Shown piece by piece: positions 62,451-63,038 of a stretch of DNA of 63,038 nt. Location of the stretch: NCBI GenBank assembly GCA_913031595.1, contig CAJWCP010000003.1, positions 1 to 63,038 on the forward strand, given 5' to 3'. The stretch is from an uncultured Flavobacteriales bacterium. Its GTDB lineage: Bacteria > Bacteroidota > Bacteroidia > Flavobacteriales > BACL11. Made by a program: the position numbers and the translations under genes. The notes beneath the pieces were generated by a model. The model ran no database searches. It worked only from the letters and a program-made list of their open reading frames with translations, and had not been told where the DNA came from. Position 1 is the first letter of the stretch; each line of letters starts with the position of its first letter.

Positions 62451-63038
62451 TTTATTATTATGTATTTTCTCCTTTACTTTTGTTTTTGCACAAGATTTAG
62501 AAAAGCCTGTTTTTTTGGGCAAGTTTGGACAGAGCACATTAGATATTGACTATGAGAAATGGGAATTGTCAAATGGCTTAACTATACTAGTTCATGAAGA
62601 TCATTCAGATCCTATTGTTTATTTAGGAGTTACTTATCATGTTGGTTCTGCTAGAGAGGGACATGGTAAAACAGGTTACGCGCATTTTTTTGAACATATG
62701 CTTTGTATGGGTTCTGAACATGCTCCTGATAAAGGTCTATGGAATCTTGTTGAACAAGCTGGAGGAATGACTAATGCGAGTACATCTTACGATGAAACTA
62801 ATTATTTTCAAGTATTTCCTTCTAATTATCTAGAAAGAATAATGTTTCTAGAATCAGACCGAATGGGTTATGCTTATAATGAATTTAATATGGAAGGATT
62901 TGAAGCTCAGAGAGGTGCTATTAAGAATGAAAAGATAGAAAGATGTCATACTCCTTTATCCTTTCTTATGATTTTAGAGAAATTATTTGTTGATTTTTTT
63001 CCTCCTACACATCCATATAATTGGCCAATTATTGGTTA
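62437..63038 (+). CDS. M16 (pitrilysin/insulinase) zinc peptidase, 3' end outside window
   Basis: Not in ORF track; ATG 62437 overlapping gyrA: MKKISLLL...LSNGLT.LVHEDHS.P...YHVGS.RE..GKTG.AHFFEHM (HxxEH)...LESDRMG. Confidence 0.9.
   Translation, partial: MKKISLLLCIFSFTFVFAQDLEKPVFLGKFGQSTLDIDYEKWELSNGLTILVHEDHSDPIVYLGVTYHVGSAREGHGKTGYAHFFEHMLCMGSEHAPDKGLWNLVEQAGGMTNASTSYDETNYFQVFPSNYLERIMFLESDRMGYAYNEFNMEGFEAQRGAIKNEKIERCHTPLSFLMILEKLFVDFFPPTHPYNWPIIG

Overview
AT-rich, very gene-dense core-chromosome segment of a Bacteroidota bacterium, most likely a streamlined (probably marine) Flavobacteriales. The assignment rests on TAnnTTTG -7 promoters, A-rich translation starts without obvious Shine-Dalgarno sites, divergent clpC/gyrA, the bamD-rpoZ-coaBC-porD-recN run and T9SS-type cargo. 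It holds about 57 CDS (two truncated at the window edges), mostly housekeeping (hbd, pcm, split transketolase, ychF, parE/parC, hutU, rnhB, smpB, pyrD, ribD, prmC, ligA, dapA, fabI, clpC, gyrA). I saw no rRNA, tRNA, CRISPR or mobile element. Most interesting: (1) a cobalamin riboswitch controlling a non-lipidated BtuG-like beta-propeller with a T9SS-like tail, followed by a lipoprotein paralogue, with no B12 transporter in the locus; (2) a secreted Cys-type iodothyronine-deiodinase-like protein; (3) eight genes whose start codon lies exactly 4 nt after the -7 box (seven exact boxes, one variant), i.e. predicted leaderless mRNAs; (4) a GH73 peptidoglycan hydrolase fused to a beta-barrel-like domain; (5) an iota/COG4337 carbonic-anhydrase-like protein with an HDSH motif; (6) passenger genes embedded inside parE-parC and inside the split transketolase; (7) a candidate structured sRNA next to smpB. 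All family calls come from recognising motifs by eye, not from database searches.
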